From a virus (Duplodnaviria; Caudoviricetes): a DNA stretch of 50,528 nucleotides. The stretch's first letter is position 1. Each line of letters opens with the position of its first letter. The position numbers and the translations under genes were made by a program. Below, one piece after another: positions 37,541 to 47,321 of this stretch. Where the stretch lies: IMG/VR virus record IMGVR_UViG_3300025117_000087, positions 1 to 50,528 of that record; one strand, given 5' to 3'. The notes under the pieces were generated by a model. That model had not been told where the DNA came from and ran no database searches. It worked only from the letters and a program-made list of their open reading frames with translations.

Positions 37541-37806
37541 TGTTACAAGTGTTACAAATCCGTTACAACAGGTGTAACGCTCTAATTATTTATTATATCA
37601 AACACATACAAATTTTGTTACAATGTTGCACCAAAATTTCCCTATACTCTTTTCCTGTTCTCTATCCTTACTTACATGTCCTTGCTTACATGTGTCCTTT
37701 TCTCTATTTTGTTTATTTATTTATATATATAAGTTGTAACAATATGTAACGTATTTGATTTTTTAGGCAGTTAGTTTGTAACTTTTGTCTGTAACATATT
37801 GTAACA
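37541..37806. repeat. Putative replication origin with GTTACA/TGTAAC iterons
   Basis: GTTACA at 37542, 37551, 37562, 37617; TGTAAC at 37573, 37735, 37745, 37777, 37790, 37800; AT-rich centre; directly downstream of the primase-helicase. Confidence 0.65.
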
Positions 37807-37820
37807 GCCTGTAATGTTTG

Positions 37821-40019
37821 TTAAAATTTGCTTTCTTCTTTATACAAAGATTCCTGTTTTTCATCGGCTTTTTTTACTACATAGACGCGTTTTATTTTAT
37901 CATTGAATCGTCTTACCACTTGTTTAAATCCCATATTCTTTAATATCTGCCCTAATTTAGTATAACTTAGCCTGATTGATGTTTCTTTTTGAATTGCATC
38001 GTAAATTTCGGTAGCTGTCATATATTGATACATATTAACCGTAACAATCTTATCGATGTCATAAGAATTGTTTGTTTCAATTTTAGGAGCATCAAACAAT
38101 TTTTGTATAATTTCTTCTTCCGGCGTTATAAGTTGATATTTAATGTTGCTCAAAGAAATGTTGTCTATGTCGCTCCCGGAAAACCAATATTTCCATCCGT
38201 CGTTCAGATAGCTTAATGCTTGAGCATAAAGCTGGTCAACATTAATAGTCTTGCTCAAATTAATTTTATTTGTTTCAACCACAAGGAATCTTCTATTGCC
38301 GGTCAGGTCTCCCAGGAACATAGCCTTGTTAACCGAGCCTATAAAACTGGCACGTCGCGGATGCGTAACGCTTCGCTTTTGGTAAGGTTTGCGTACACGG
38401 ATTCTGTCAATTGACATTAAAGATTTAAGGTGCCCAATTTCGTCACGGTTGACACTCTCCAGCTCATCGAGATTGATGATGAATGATTCGCAAAAATCAA
38501 TTTTAGAGTCTTTGTCGTTCGGATTAATTTGACTTATGGAATAATACTTCTGAAGTTGCTCAGGTATGAGGCGTCCGATTATAGTTGTTTTACCGATACC
38601 CTGAGAGCCGGAAAAAACTATACAGTTATGATTGAGTCCTCTTTCGGTTGCACACGCCACTACACCGATAATCCATTTAGTAAAGTAAGTAGTCCATAGA
38701 ACTTTTTGTTCATCAGGCACTTCAATCAAATTAATGTATTGTTGGATGTAATCCTCACCATCCCACCCGGGAAGATTGTTAAAGTAATCCTTGAAAGGAT
38801 GATAATCTCTTACGAAGTCAGAGTTTAAAACATATTCGAATTTGTTGTGTGTAAATTTGTAATTCATTTTGTGAAATTTTGTAAGCAGGCTGTCAACAAA
38901 CCTGTCGTCAATTTCCTGCCACCGCTCACTCGTATCTTTGTTCATAATTTCGACATGCGAAGTAACAATATTGTAACGAAGCTGATAATAATTATCGAGG
39001 TATTCCTCGATGATGTCTATTTCACATTTCTTTTTATAATTAAACAAGTTCGATTCTTTCCCATGACCATCTTTTTCGTTATCACTGCCTCCATTATTCC
39101 CATTCGACTTCTTTATACCCAAAACAGACTGATGTTTTTCCAGGACTTTGGTTATATCGCATCCATGATATTTGGCAAGCCAGATAACCGAGGCAATCGT
39201 CGGACGTTTTGAGCGGTGCTGGATGCGGTACTTCGTTCCTTTCTGGTCATCCGGAGACCAGTTATCAATGAGCCGTATAGCCGTTGGCTCGTCAAAAGTA
39301 TTGCCGATACCGGATACTACCTTACCCCAATCAATGTAATCCATTTGTGTGGGAATGTGTTTTAACAGTTCCGCTGCCTGCTCTTCGGTTATAGGGTCAT
39401 TCTTTTTTGAAGGTTTAAAATCATCCTCAGCATTAACGCTGCTTACAATTTTATTAAGGTCCGCCAGGTTTAATTGTCTGTAATTAATTATAACTTCGGC
39501 TTTTGTGTTTCCGAAGAACATCCTGTCTATATTTTTACAGCTCCGGTCAGCATCGTATTTCTCAATAAAAGCTGCTGAGATTTGACTGTACTTGGCAGCA
39601 TCGGTAATTATTTCCGGAAGCAGGAAAACGATACGGAACTTATTATGCTGGTCCGTGTGCGAAGGGGAGGTGTAGAGCAACAGGGCGTTTTCCTGCAGCC
39701 ACGTGTCTTCTATTGCGTCTTGGAAGGCAAAATAACCTTCAGACAGTCTTTTCTTAACCTTGTCGTATTTTTTAGTAACCTGGCTGTAAACTTTAAGTTC
39801 ATTGTCAATATCTATGGGGAGAAGCTGGGCTTTCTCGATGTCAATAGTTTGAGGCTTGCCTGAGCCGGCAGCTTGTTTCAGGACACCCTGGGAGAAAGCA
39901 AAGCCGCTTTTAATATGTTTCGCAAGTTCGTCAGTCGTAAATTTTACATTTTTCCATCCGCGAGAGCGCGGGTCGCCTTTATCAATAATATTCTTGTTAA
40001 TGCTTAATTCAAAATCCAT
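37821..40019 (-). CDS. Primase-helicase (prim-pol-like + PriCT-2 + VirE/VapE P-loop)
   Basis: IDID...YTSPSH...KFR primase motifs, Y.DW..V....W PriCT-2, GSQGIGKTT, INLDELE, D.TGNRRF. Confidence 0.85.
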   Translation of the reverse strand: MDFELSINKNIIDKGDPRSRGWKNVKFTTDELAKHIKSGFAFSQGVLKQAAGSGKPQTIDIEKAQLLPIDIDNELKVYSQVTKKYDKVKKRLSEGYFAFQDAIEDTWLQENALLLYTSPSHTDQHNKFRIVFLLPEIITDAAKYSQISAAFIEKYDADRSCKNIDRMFFGNTKAEVIINYRQLNLADLNKIVSSVNAEDDFKPSKKNDPITEEQAAELLKHIPTQMDYIDWGKVVSGIGNTFDEPTAIRLIDNWSPDDQKGTKYRIQHRSKRPTIASVIWLAKYHGCDITKVLEKHQSVLGIKKSNGNNGGSDNEKDGHGKESNLFNYKKKCEIDIIEEYLDNYYQLRYNIVTSHVEIMNKDTSERWQEIDDRFVDSLLTKFHKMNYKFTHNKFEYVLNSDFVRDYHPFKDYFNNLPGWDGEDYIQQYINLIEVPDEQKVLWTTYFTKWIIGVVACATERGLNHNCIVFSGSQGIGKTTIIGRLIPEQLQKYYSISQINPNDKDSKIDFCESFIINLDELESVNRDEIGHLKSLMSIDRIRVRKPYQKRSVTHPRRASFIGSVNKAMFLGDLTGNRRFLVVETNKINLSKTINVDQLYAQALSYLNDGWKYWFSGSDIDNISLSNIKYQLITPEEEIIQKLFDAPKIETNNSYDIDKIVTVNMYQYMTATEIYDAIQKETSIRLSYTKLGQILKNMGFKQVVRRFNDKIKRVYVVKKADEKQESLYKEESKF

Positions 40020-40721
40020 ATACCAGCCGGACCCCTAATTAAAATTTGGAAAAATAGCTATCACACCTTTTTTAATTTTTCTTATCATCCCCACAAATTT
40101 TCCGAGCGATTTCGCTTTTTCTTCAGTAAGTTCTTTTTTATTAAACAAATCAATAAATTCTTCAGCTTCATCTTTACTGAAGCTGTAAAAGAATGCCTTG
40201 TTTGTGCCTTTAATTTCGCTCATAATTTAATGTCTAACCTAACACTATTTATATTAAAAGTCAAGGGATTATTGTTGTTTTTTCCTTGTTCTCATGTATA
40301 TAATGAATATATAACTCTTGAAACGAGTAATATGTACTATTTCCTTTAAACCAAGCCTTTTTACGAGTTGAATAATGCCAGCCAGTATCTAAAATCCACA
40401 AAACAAAATCTTCAATTTCTTTATTGTGCGATATGCTTGTTTCCATTGTCATTATACTAATTTAATTGAAAATTTAATTTGTAATTATTTGCTCTTCTAA
40501 CATCTTATTCGTCAGATTTTTTAATGAGCGAATAAAATTGTAATGTGCATAAGGATAATCGTTCCCGTCACATTTTTTCCAATAAATATATCTGTCATCA
40601 TCAAATTTTATCATAATATCACAAGCAAGTTGCCTGGCAAAAGAATAAAATCCGCGTCTATTGTTATTGAGTTTCAACCAATTATAACAAGCTTGTTTTA
40701 TATAATGATGATATTTCATTC

Positions 40722-41411
40722 TTAAATACTTTCAATCAATTCTTTGGCTTTCTTAAAATTAATGTCGCTCGACAGGAATTCATTCAATACCACATCGCCA
40801 TTAAATACCATATAACCAAGTTGAGTTAACTTTGACGAATCGTTTTTGACGATAAATTTATTGACAAACAACTTGATAAGCTGCCTTGTCGCGCGGATAT
40901 CGCTTAGGGCATCGTGTGCTGATATTCCTATTCCGTAATGCTCGCACACAGTTATTAACTTGTAGTTAGGTAAATTTATAGTATTACAATAGTTCAAAAA
41001 ATAAATGAAATAAAGCGGGTCAACAAACCTGTATGAAAAGTAAGAACCGAAATAAACGTCCTGGTTCTTGATAAAAAATTGCTTTAAGAAGTCCATGTCG
41101 AATTTAACGTTGAAACCGGCAGGAATGAATTTGTCATTTTTATCGTACCGGTCAATGTATTTTGATAGTTTGGCAATAAGCTGGTTATAAATAATATCAG
41201 GACCCGGGAACTCCCTGAGCATTTCCAAAGTATAGCCGTGGACATCGAGTGCCTCCTGTGATATGTTCTGAAAATCAAACGGCTTAATTTTAAATTCAAA
41301 TTCATCAACAACCTGGTTATCAATTTCGATAATGCAGGCAAGTTGTATGATGTCGTTTTTTACCGGATCTAAACCCGTGGTTTCCGTATCGAAATAAATT
41401 ACTTTTGACAT
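40722..41411 (-). CDS. DEDDh 3'-5' exonuclease (DnaQ-like)
   Basis: FDTETTGL, GFN..FD..FL, AHDALSD. Confidence 0.9.
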   Translation of the reverse strand: MSKVIYFDTETTGLDPVKNDIIQLACIIEIDNQVVDEFEFKIKPFDFQNISQEALDVHGYTLEMLREFPGPDIIYNQLIAKLSKYIDRYDKNDKFIPAGFNVKFDMDFLKQFFIKNQDVYFGSYFSYRFVDPLYFIYFLNYCNTINLPNYKLITVCEHYGIGISAHDALSDIRATRQLIKLFVNKFIVKNDSSKLTQLGYMVFNGDVVLNEFLSSDINFKKAKELIESI

Positions 41412-41638
41412 TTTGGTAACTCCGATGTATCTTCAAACATATTAATTTGTATAATTTTTTCCTTTTCAATTATGATAGATTCGAGCGTTTTTTTAACAGC
41501 CGTCATACAATCAATTTCATAATCAGCCTCTTCACGCGTCATCCTGCCTTTTTGGATAAAGCCAGGATAAACTGAATAACGAAGAGCCAGTTCACGTTTA
41601 ACACAGTTTAGTTGTTTGTCTATATAAATATTCGACAT
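41399..41638 (-). CDS. Hypothetical phage protein
   Basis: CVKRELALR..VYP.....G.M...A..EI..M pattern common in phage early regions. Confidence 0.6.
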   Translation of the reverse strand: MSNIYIDKQLNCVKRELALRYSVYPGFIQKGRMTREEADYEIDCMTAVKKTLESIIIEKEKIIQINMFEDTSELPKCQK

Positions 41639-41649
41639 TGAATTTCCTA

Positions 41650-42369
41650 TTATTCTTCAGATAAATTGTCGTTTAATTTTTCATTCTTACATCTATATTC
41701 TTCAGTATTATAGTTTTCAACGATATCACAATCTTCAACATCATCATCTTCAGCATCATCATTGATTTCGGTATAGTCGTCGTCTTCGACTTCATCATTA
41801 TCTTCATCGTTAAAAGTTTCATCTTCGATAATATCATCTTCGACAATAACGTCGCCATCATCCTCTTTAGGCTGGTCATCTCCAAAGAATTTTTTAATCC
41901 TGGCAGCTTCCGAAGAAGGTGCTGTTAATTCAGCCATCTGTTGTGTGGACTTGAATGTCTTTTTTTTCATAGTAATTTCTCCTAAATTGTTGTTAGATAA
42001 AATTTGAATTTTAGATTCAAGAACTTTAATGTGTTCTTTAAATTCTTTGAGTATTGGAACTAAAATATCGAGCATCGCTTCTTCTTTGGTATTGAAAATT
42101 GTATTTCCGTCTTTCATTACGGGCCAATTCCTGCCGTGTATTGGAGCATGGTCATAAAGTTTGCGGCAATTAAGTCTTAATCCGTTAGTCCATCTCGATT
42201 TACAATCTTGTACAAAAAAAGCCAATGTAATATCTATAAGAAAATAATTGTCATCAATGATTGTCTCGATGATAGGGTTAAGGCAAACTCCATGTTCATT
42301 ATATTCAAATGTTCGCAGCATATTATTAATTATTATTTGTGTAACATTGTTTGACTTTTTCCATAGCAA
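41650..42369 (-). CDS. Hypothetical protein with a highly acidic C-terminal half
   Basis: D/E-rich tract; in-frame internal ATG at 41970 with AGGAG SD. Confidence 0.55.
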   Translation of the reverse strand: MLWKKSNNVTQIIINNMLRTFEYNEHGVCLNPIIETIIDDNYFLIDITLAFFVQDCKSRWTNGLRLNCRKLYDHAPIHGRNWPVMKDGNTIFNTKEEAMLDILVPILKEFKEHIKVLESKIQILSNNNLGEITMKKKTFKSTQQMAELTAPSSEAARIKKFFGDDQPKEDDGDVIVEDDIIEDETFNDEDNDEVEDDDYTEINDDAEDDDVEDCDIVENYNTEEYRCKNEKLNDNLSEE

Positions 42370-42589
42370 CTCTAATTATTAATGCATCGCCAGGCTCTTT
42401 GACAACCGGCGATACTATTGTGTGCCCTTTTACCTTGACTGCAGCTCGCCACTTGCCTGAGTCAGTTTGTTGGATGCCTGAGTAATGTACATCATCCTTA
42501 AGGCAATCTCTATCAGTCAAAATCCGGGCGATAGCATTGTAAAGTTTGTCTCTTGGAATTTTTTTTAATTTTTGGATTATTTTTTCCAT
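42326..42589 (-). CDS. AP2-like DNA-binding protein
   Basis: YSGI....SGKWRA.V.V.G matches the AP2 domain pattern. Confidence 0.5.
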   Translation of the reverse strand: MEKIIQKLKKIPRDKLYNAIARILTDRDCLKDDVHYSGIQQTDSGKWRAAVKVKGHTIVSPVVKEPGDALIIRVAMEKVKQCYTNNN

Positions 42590-42759
42590 CTTTCAAAATT
42601 TCTCTTATAAAAACTTTTAACTTCTTAATTTGATATTCATTTAATGCAATCGTAATTCCATCGGCAATATCATCATCCCAGGATTTGAGTAGTAAGAACT
42701 TACCATCATCATCTTTCGCAATATCCAACTTTAATACTTGCGCTGGATCAAAACATGAT

Positions 42760-43620
42760 TTAATAGTATAGCTCATATTTATTCCTGTAAACCGATTCCA
42801 AATATTTTAATAATTCTTCAATTGATTTTACTTCAATAGCTTCAATTTCAACTTCATTGTCAATTTTATTGTTAATAAATTTATCAAATTCAATAATTGT
42901 TCTATAAATCATTTCTGCAAGAATAGGTTTGACTGCATTTCCAAGTCCTCTGATGCGCTCCATAGGATTGGAAAACCCATTATCAATTCGTACAATCCTG
43001 GGGTAAACTTCACTCCAAAATTCGCCGCCAGATATTCCGGCAAGTTCGTTGCTTGATAAAGTTTGCATTTTTGCTTTCTCCAGTAAGATTTCGCTAAATT
43101 TTTTATCGAATATTTCCATCTTCTTGCATCCGATGCTGTCGGAGTTGGCAGCCACAATGAAGATTCTCCACCTTCTATCCGGAAATCCAAATTGTCGAGC
43201 GGAAATACGTCTGTGCCATCCCACGTAGCCGAGTGAGGTAAGCTGTCGTCTAATTGTACTGAGTCCTTTTGTTCTGATGTTTGCAACATTTTCTATAAAT
43301 ACATATTTAGGTTTTTTAATAGTAATAATATTCAAATAATAATCCCATAGTCCTGATTCTATTCCCAACAATCCCAATCCATTAGGTTTTGCTTGCGATA
43401 TATCCTGGCAAGGAAACCCACCAGAAAGAATATCCGTGTCAGGCAATTCACAAGGATTAATTCTTTTAATATCTTCATAAATCAATGTACCAGGGAATCG
43501 TTTCTTTAAAATATATCTAAAATAAGGTTCTTTCTCGACAAAGTATTTTGTTTTAATCCCAGCATCGTCTGCTCCCTTATCCATACCTCCAATGCCTGAA
43601 AATAATGAACCGTTTGTCAT
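42760..43620 (-). CDS. C5-cytosine DNA methyltransferase (alpha chain)
   Basis: SLFSGIGG (I), GGFPCQDIS (IV), IENV (VI), R.RIF (VIII), RIRGLGNAV (X); no recognisable motif IX. Confidence 0.9.
   Translation of the reverse strand: MTNGSLFSGIGGMDKGADDAGIKTKYFVEKEPYFRYILKKRFPGTLIYEDIKRINPCELPDTDILSGGFPCQDISQAKPNGLGLLGIESGLWDYYLNIITIKKPKYVFIENVANIRTKGLSTIRRQLTSLGYVGWHRRISARQFGFPDRRWRIFIVAANSDSIGCKKMEIFDKKFSEILLEKAKMQTLSSNELAGISGGEFWSEVYPRIVRIDNGFSNPMERIRGLGNAVKPILAEMIYRTIIEFDKFINNKIDNEVEIEAIEVKSIEELLKYLESVYRNKYELYY
42909..43289 (-). CDS. Nested out-of-frame methyltransferase beta subunit
   Basis: WLPTPTASD and FTPGLYELIMGFP (motif IX-like); ATG lies within the E-N-V codons of the host gene. Confidence 0.65.
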   Translation of the reverse strand: MLQTSEQKDSVQLDDSLPHSATWDGTDVFPLDNLDFRIEGGESSLWLPTPTASDARRWKYSIKNLAKSYWRKQKCKLYQATNLPEYLAANFGVKFTPGLYELIMGFPILWSASEDLEMQSNLFLQK

Positions 43621-44108
43621 TCTAATATTTTTCTGATATTTTTAGTAATTTTAATACTTTTCAATCTCTTAATATAATTCTCATCAACAGCGTAATTCCT
43701 TTTTAACAAATAGGAATAATAATCGCCCTTGATTACCTGGCAGTTTTGCCACAACTTATAATCACAAATTGAATATATCCAATGATAGAACACTGCGTAG
43801 CCATGGTATGTATCTTTTAGGGCATAGCACGGCCGGCCGTTTGCTTTTTTCATGGCAAACAAATTGTTTCCGATGACAGCTAAATTAGATTTGAGGTGCC
43901 CGCTCTCATATATTGCCTGTTTAAACACGATGAGAGGATGCTGTATGCCGGTTGCTTTAATCGCAAGAGCTACATTATGCTTTGTCAAAGGTAGACGTTT
44001 AAATGTCTGAATAATATCACAATGCTTGTACTTCCAATACTCACCGATTGTATAAGGAGTTTGAGCAGACAAGCTGTAAGTAATTATGAACATTAAAATA
44101 TATTTCAT
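43617..44108 (-). CDS. Glucosaminidase (GH73-like) peptidoglycan hydrolase
   Basis: QAIYESG, NNLFAMK, YAV.ENY...L; N-terminal signal-like segment. Confidence 0.75.
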   Translation of the reverse strand: MKYILMFIITYSLSAQTPYTIGEYWKYKHCDIIQTFKRLPLTKHNVALAIKATGIQHPLIVFKQAIYESGHLKSNLAVIGNNLFAMKKANGRPCYALKDTYHGYAVFYHWIYSICDYKLWQNCQVIKGDYYSYLLKRNYAVDENYIKRLKSIKITKNIRKILE

Positions 44109-44445
44109 TTAGCCCCTTTCATTTTCAATTATATATCTAATAACCCTCATTCTTAATGTATGTCTTGAATGGTGAATAATTATATAGTCCAAACTGCTTT
44201 GTAGTCGTTCTTTAGTATCATCTTTATAAACTTGATACCATGATGTTTTTTTAATTTTTCTTATTTCTCGTACTTTTATTTTGTTTTTCATTTATAATTC
44301 GATATGCATTAATTAAATCAAATAAATTTGTTTTGTATTCCGGTTTATCGTTAAATTTCACTGACCTGGCTAAAATCAAATACTTGTCATCCGCTTTTGG
44401 AAATAGTTCATTTTGTTTATATTTAGCCATAAAAATTTTATTCTT

Positions 44446-44508
44446 AAAAAATCCGGGCAGTCTTAACGTCTAAATTGCGAGGGAATAACAATTACACTCC
44501 GCCCGGAT
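44446..44508 (-). terminator. Long-loop hairpin with T-tail
   Basis: Minus strand ATCCGGGCGG ... CTGCCCGGAT followed by a T-run. Confidence 0.5.
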
Positions 44509-44792
44509 ATATCATGAGTTACTTCTTTCCTCTTAACAGTTCATTGTATTTTTCCAGTTCAATCGGCTTTTTCAAATTGTAAACGTCATGTTTCCGGCTG
44601 CTTCCTTTTCTACCGAAAGCCGTAATCATCTCAACATCCTTAATGATTTTTATTGTTGGCTCCAGCCTGCCTTTGTTAATCAACTTGACCATCTTTTTGA
44701 AATCGCTTTTAGACATAACAATTCCTTTAATTTACCGGCACAGCCTGCAACATATAAGAGGAGCAACCGTGCCGGTAGTGGATTATTAATAA

Positions 44793-45482
44793 TTAAAACG
44801 GTTGAGTGTCCTCGTTTACCTCGGGGCCAACAACATCTTCTTCCTTAACTTCGTGCTTTGTGCCTTTCGAGGAGCCATTGCCATTGAGAATTTTCTCGAT
44901 TTTCATAACTTCGTCTATGAGCCACTTCATCCGCGCCTTTTTGTTGTAAAGTTTATTGCCTTTAGCATCAAACAATTCGTCTCCGTTTTCATCTTTGAGC
45001 GGGGTGATTGGAGGAAGTTCCTCAGGTTTATATTTCCAGCTTAATTTATTATCATTATGATAAACGACAAGTTTTGTAGTTGGAGTTTTTGCCTTGCTAT
45101 CAAGCCATGGCAGGATTTTGATTAAGCCTATCTTGGAATCTTCTATAGATGCGAGTGCGTTTACAAACCCTTGTATCAGCATCCCGTCATAAAAAGTTGA
45201 CCAGGCATATTGGCGCCCGCTATTATCGGTAAAAGTGATATTCCAGACCTTGCCAAATGTGGTTTCGATGACTTTAATTGATTTTAAGTGGCCTGTGAAA
45301 CTGTCGAGCCGGATGTCAACGACAGGTATGCCTTCTTTGTTTAGATATTCATGTAATTTTCCGATTTGGGCTATGTCTGAATAATCATCGAGCCTATCCT
45401 TCCGTATTGTAACGACGATTTTCCCGTCCTTAGTTTTGAAGTAGAGCGAGTGTGATTCTTGTTGAAAGCCAGTATTATCCAT
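44793..45482 (-). CDS. Putative single-stranded DNA-binding protein
   Basis: Acidic C-tail ending in EDTQPF; recombination/replication context. Confidence 0.5.
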   Translation of the reverse strand: MDNTGFQQESHSLYFKTKDGKIVVTIRKDRLDDYSDIAQIGKLHEYLNKEGIPVVDIRLDSFTGHLKSIKVIETTFGKVWNITFTDNSGRQYAWSTFYDGMLIQGFVNALASIEDSKIGLIKILPWLDSKAKTPTTKLVVYHNDNKLSWKYKPEELPPITPLKDENGDELFDAKGNKLYNKKARMKWLIDEVMKIEKILNGNGSSKGTKHEVKEEDVVGPEVNEDTQPF

Positions 45483-45526
45483 TGTAATGTTTCCTTAATT
45501 AATGTTTTTAAATAGTGAATTAAAAA

Positions 45527-46159
45527 TTATCTTAAAACGAGCTGCTCTTCCTGGTAAATATGAACGCCAGGGATTTCTCTTATACCGGCAGCAACGGCAG
45601 CAGAGATTTTTCTTTCGTCCGGAACGAGATATTCACGTGGAATAAGTATAGCATCCGTGATTTCAAATTTCCATATCTTCCTGAGTGATTTTGAGCGGTC
45701 CTGCTCGAGTTCCTTTTCCCTCATTCTGATGCAGAGCATATCAATACTCGGTAATGGTGAATGAACACCATCGGTTTTTTGAGCTTCTTCGGCTTGCTTT
45801 TTCTGAGCTTCTTCGATTTGCTTTTTTTGTTCTTCTAATTTTCGAAGCTCTTCCTGTCTTTGCCTTTCAAGTTCGAGCTCAAAGTTCTTGATTTGTTCGC
45901 GGACGGTCTTGATGGCTTCGTTTAATTCTTTGGTAAGATTTTTTGCGAAGTCATCAATTTCACGTTTCTGGTCAACCAAAGGTTTGGTTAAGTCTTTTCT
46001 GCGGTCCTCGATAAATTTTTCAATTTTCGAGGCATCTTTGGCGAGTGTCTTGGCAAAGTCGAGTGATTCTCTCGAATTAACGACAATGTTTTTACACTTG
46101 GCTGCCATCGTGGCAATTTGTTGTTTCGCTTCCTCGAAGCGAACAATTTCATTCGTCAT
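45527..46159 (-). CDS. Coiled-coil phage protein (Gp157-like C-terminus)
   Basis: Likely start MTNEIV with GGGAG SD; W.FEI.D...IPREYL.PDE.KI...IPGV. Confidence 0.6.
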   Translation of the reverse strand: MTNEIVRFEEAKQQIATMAAKCKNIVVNSRESLDFAKTLAKDASKIEKFIEDRRKDLTKPLVDQKREIDDFAKNLTKELNEAIKTVREQIKNFELELERQRQEELRKLEEQKKQIEEAQKKQAEEAQKTDGVHSPLPSIDMLCIRMREKELEQDRSKSLRKIWKFEITDAILIPREYLVPDERKISAAVAAGIREIPGVHIYQEEQLVLR

Positions 46160-46160
46160 A

Positions 46161-47321
46161 TCAAACTCCCGTTTTGTGTAGTTTATTATAGAGAAACTCA
46201 CCGGCAGGCACAAACCTGCAGTTCGATGCAAGGTTGCCGTCGCCGTTGAATTTCCCGTTAATTATTAAAAGATTGTTTGGCTTTTCGTAGTCCACGTAGA
46301 ACTCACCCAGCAGGAATGGAATCTTGTAAGCAAGTTTTGAATCCGACTGCTCCTTAATACTGTAAGTTGGTTCAATCTCCCAGTCGTTCGGAGCTACGTT
46401 GAATAAACGCTCAGGTTTGATTCCAAGCGAATACTCACAGATTAGCTTGTACATATGAAGTTGAATTGTATAATCGTCAAAAAAGCCGCTTTTCCCTGAC
46501 TTAAAATCAACGAGTGCCAGGACACGCTCTTCTTTGATGGATTCTTTAGGCTCACCTTTTTTCTCTCCTGATTTATACAGTTCGCCATGGAATCCTTTTA
46601 TCCGGATTGTCATATAAGCAATCAAGTCCATTGCGCCGGCAAATGCATATTTCCCATCGTCATATACTCCGACGATTTCTACAGCGAGCGGGTCAACATC
46701 ATAATCGAGTACAAACTGCATCATCGAAGCCATGTCCTTTGCTGTCTGCCATGTCCAGTCCGACGTATCGAAATCAATCTTTTTCTCATCAACGAACAAA
46801 GCAATCCTGGAAGGTATTGTGTCGAAATCGAAAAAACGGGAGGCTTTATCATTTCCGGATTGGAAGTAGTCTGTAATGAGATGATGTAGGAATGTACCAT
46901 ACCTGGCTTTCTCTCTCATCATTTGATGGTAGCCTTTCATTCCAAGGTCACCGATTAGTTTTTGCTTGCCATAGCTCATCGGCATGGTTTTGTCAATGAT
47001 TGTGGTAACTGAAGGATAGAATTTGACAAAGTCATTAGTTCGGAATGGAGCGGCGAGTGCTTCTGCTTCCGGATCATTTATCTTTTTTTCAGGCTCGACC
47101 AGTTTAAAATAAAATCTCATGTTCCTTTGTTGGAAACGATAGAGCATTGGCACTTTGATTTTATCTTTGTACTTGGGATTAACCCACTCCGGCCTGATTA
47201 CCTCGATTAAATCATCCTGAGGCGCGGATTCTTTTATGATTTCAGACAATTCGGTATTGACCTTCTCGAACAGGTCTGAAAATTTAGTTATTATTTTTGC
47301 TGTGTTAGGGTTAGGTTTCAT
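46161..47321 (-). CDS. PD-(D/E)XK exonuclease
   Basis: YPSVTTII, GTFLH, AG..D, LVDFKSG, QL..Y. Confidence 0.8.
   Translation of the reverse strand: MKPNPNTAKIITKFSDLFEKVNTELSEIIKESAPQDDLIEVIRPEWVNPKYKDKIKVPMLYRFQQRNMRFYFKLVEPEKKINDPEAEALAAPFRTNDFVKFYPSVTTIIDKTMPMSYGKQKLIGDLGMKGYHQMMREKARYGTFLHHLITDYFQSGNDKASRFFDFDTIPSRIALFVDEKKIDFDTSDWTWQTAKDMASMMQFVLDYDVDPLAVEIVGVYDDGKYAFAGAMDLIAYMTIRIKGFHGELYKSGEKKGEPKESIKEERVLALVDFKSGKSGFFDDYTIQLHMYKLICEYSLGIKPERLFNVAPNDWEIEPTYSIKEQSDSKLAYKIPFLLGEFYVDYEKPNNLLIINGKFNGDGNLASNCRFVPAGEFLYNKLHKTGV

Noticed and set aside
37540-37749. 69-aa + strand ORF
   Set aside because: Coincides with the iteron-like repeat field, is opposite to the operon direction and has an atypical composition.
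46161-47321. Cas4/CRISPR adaptation gene
   Set aside because: PD-(D/E)XK motifs are present but no four-Cys cluster pattern or CRISPR context; it fits an ordinary phage exonuclease.
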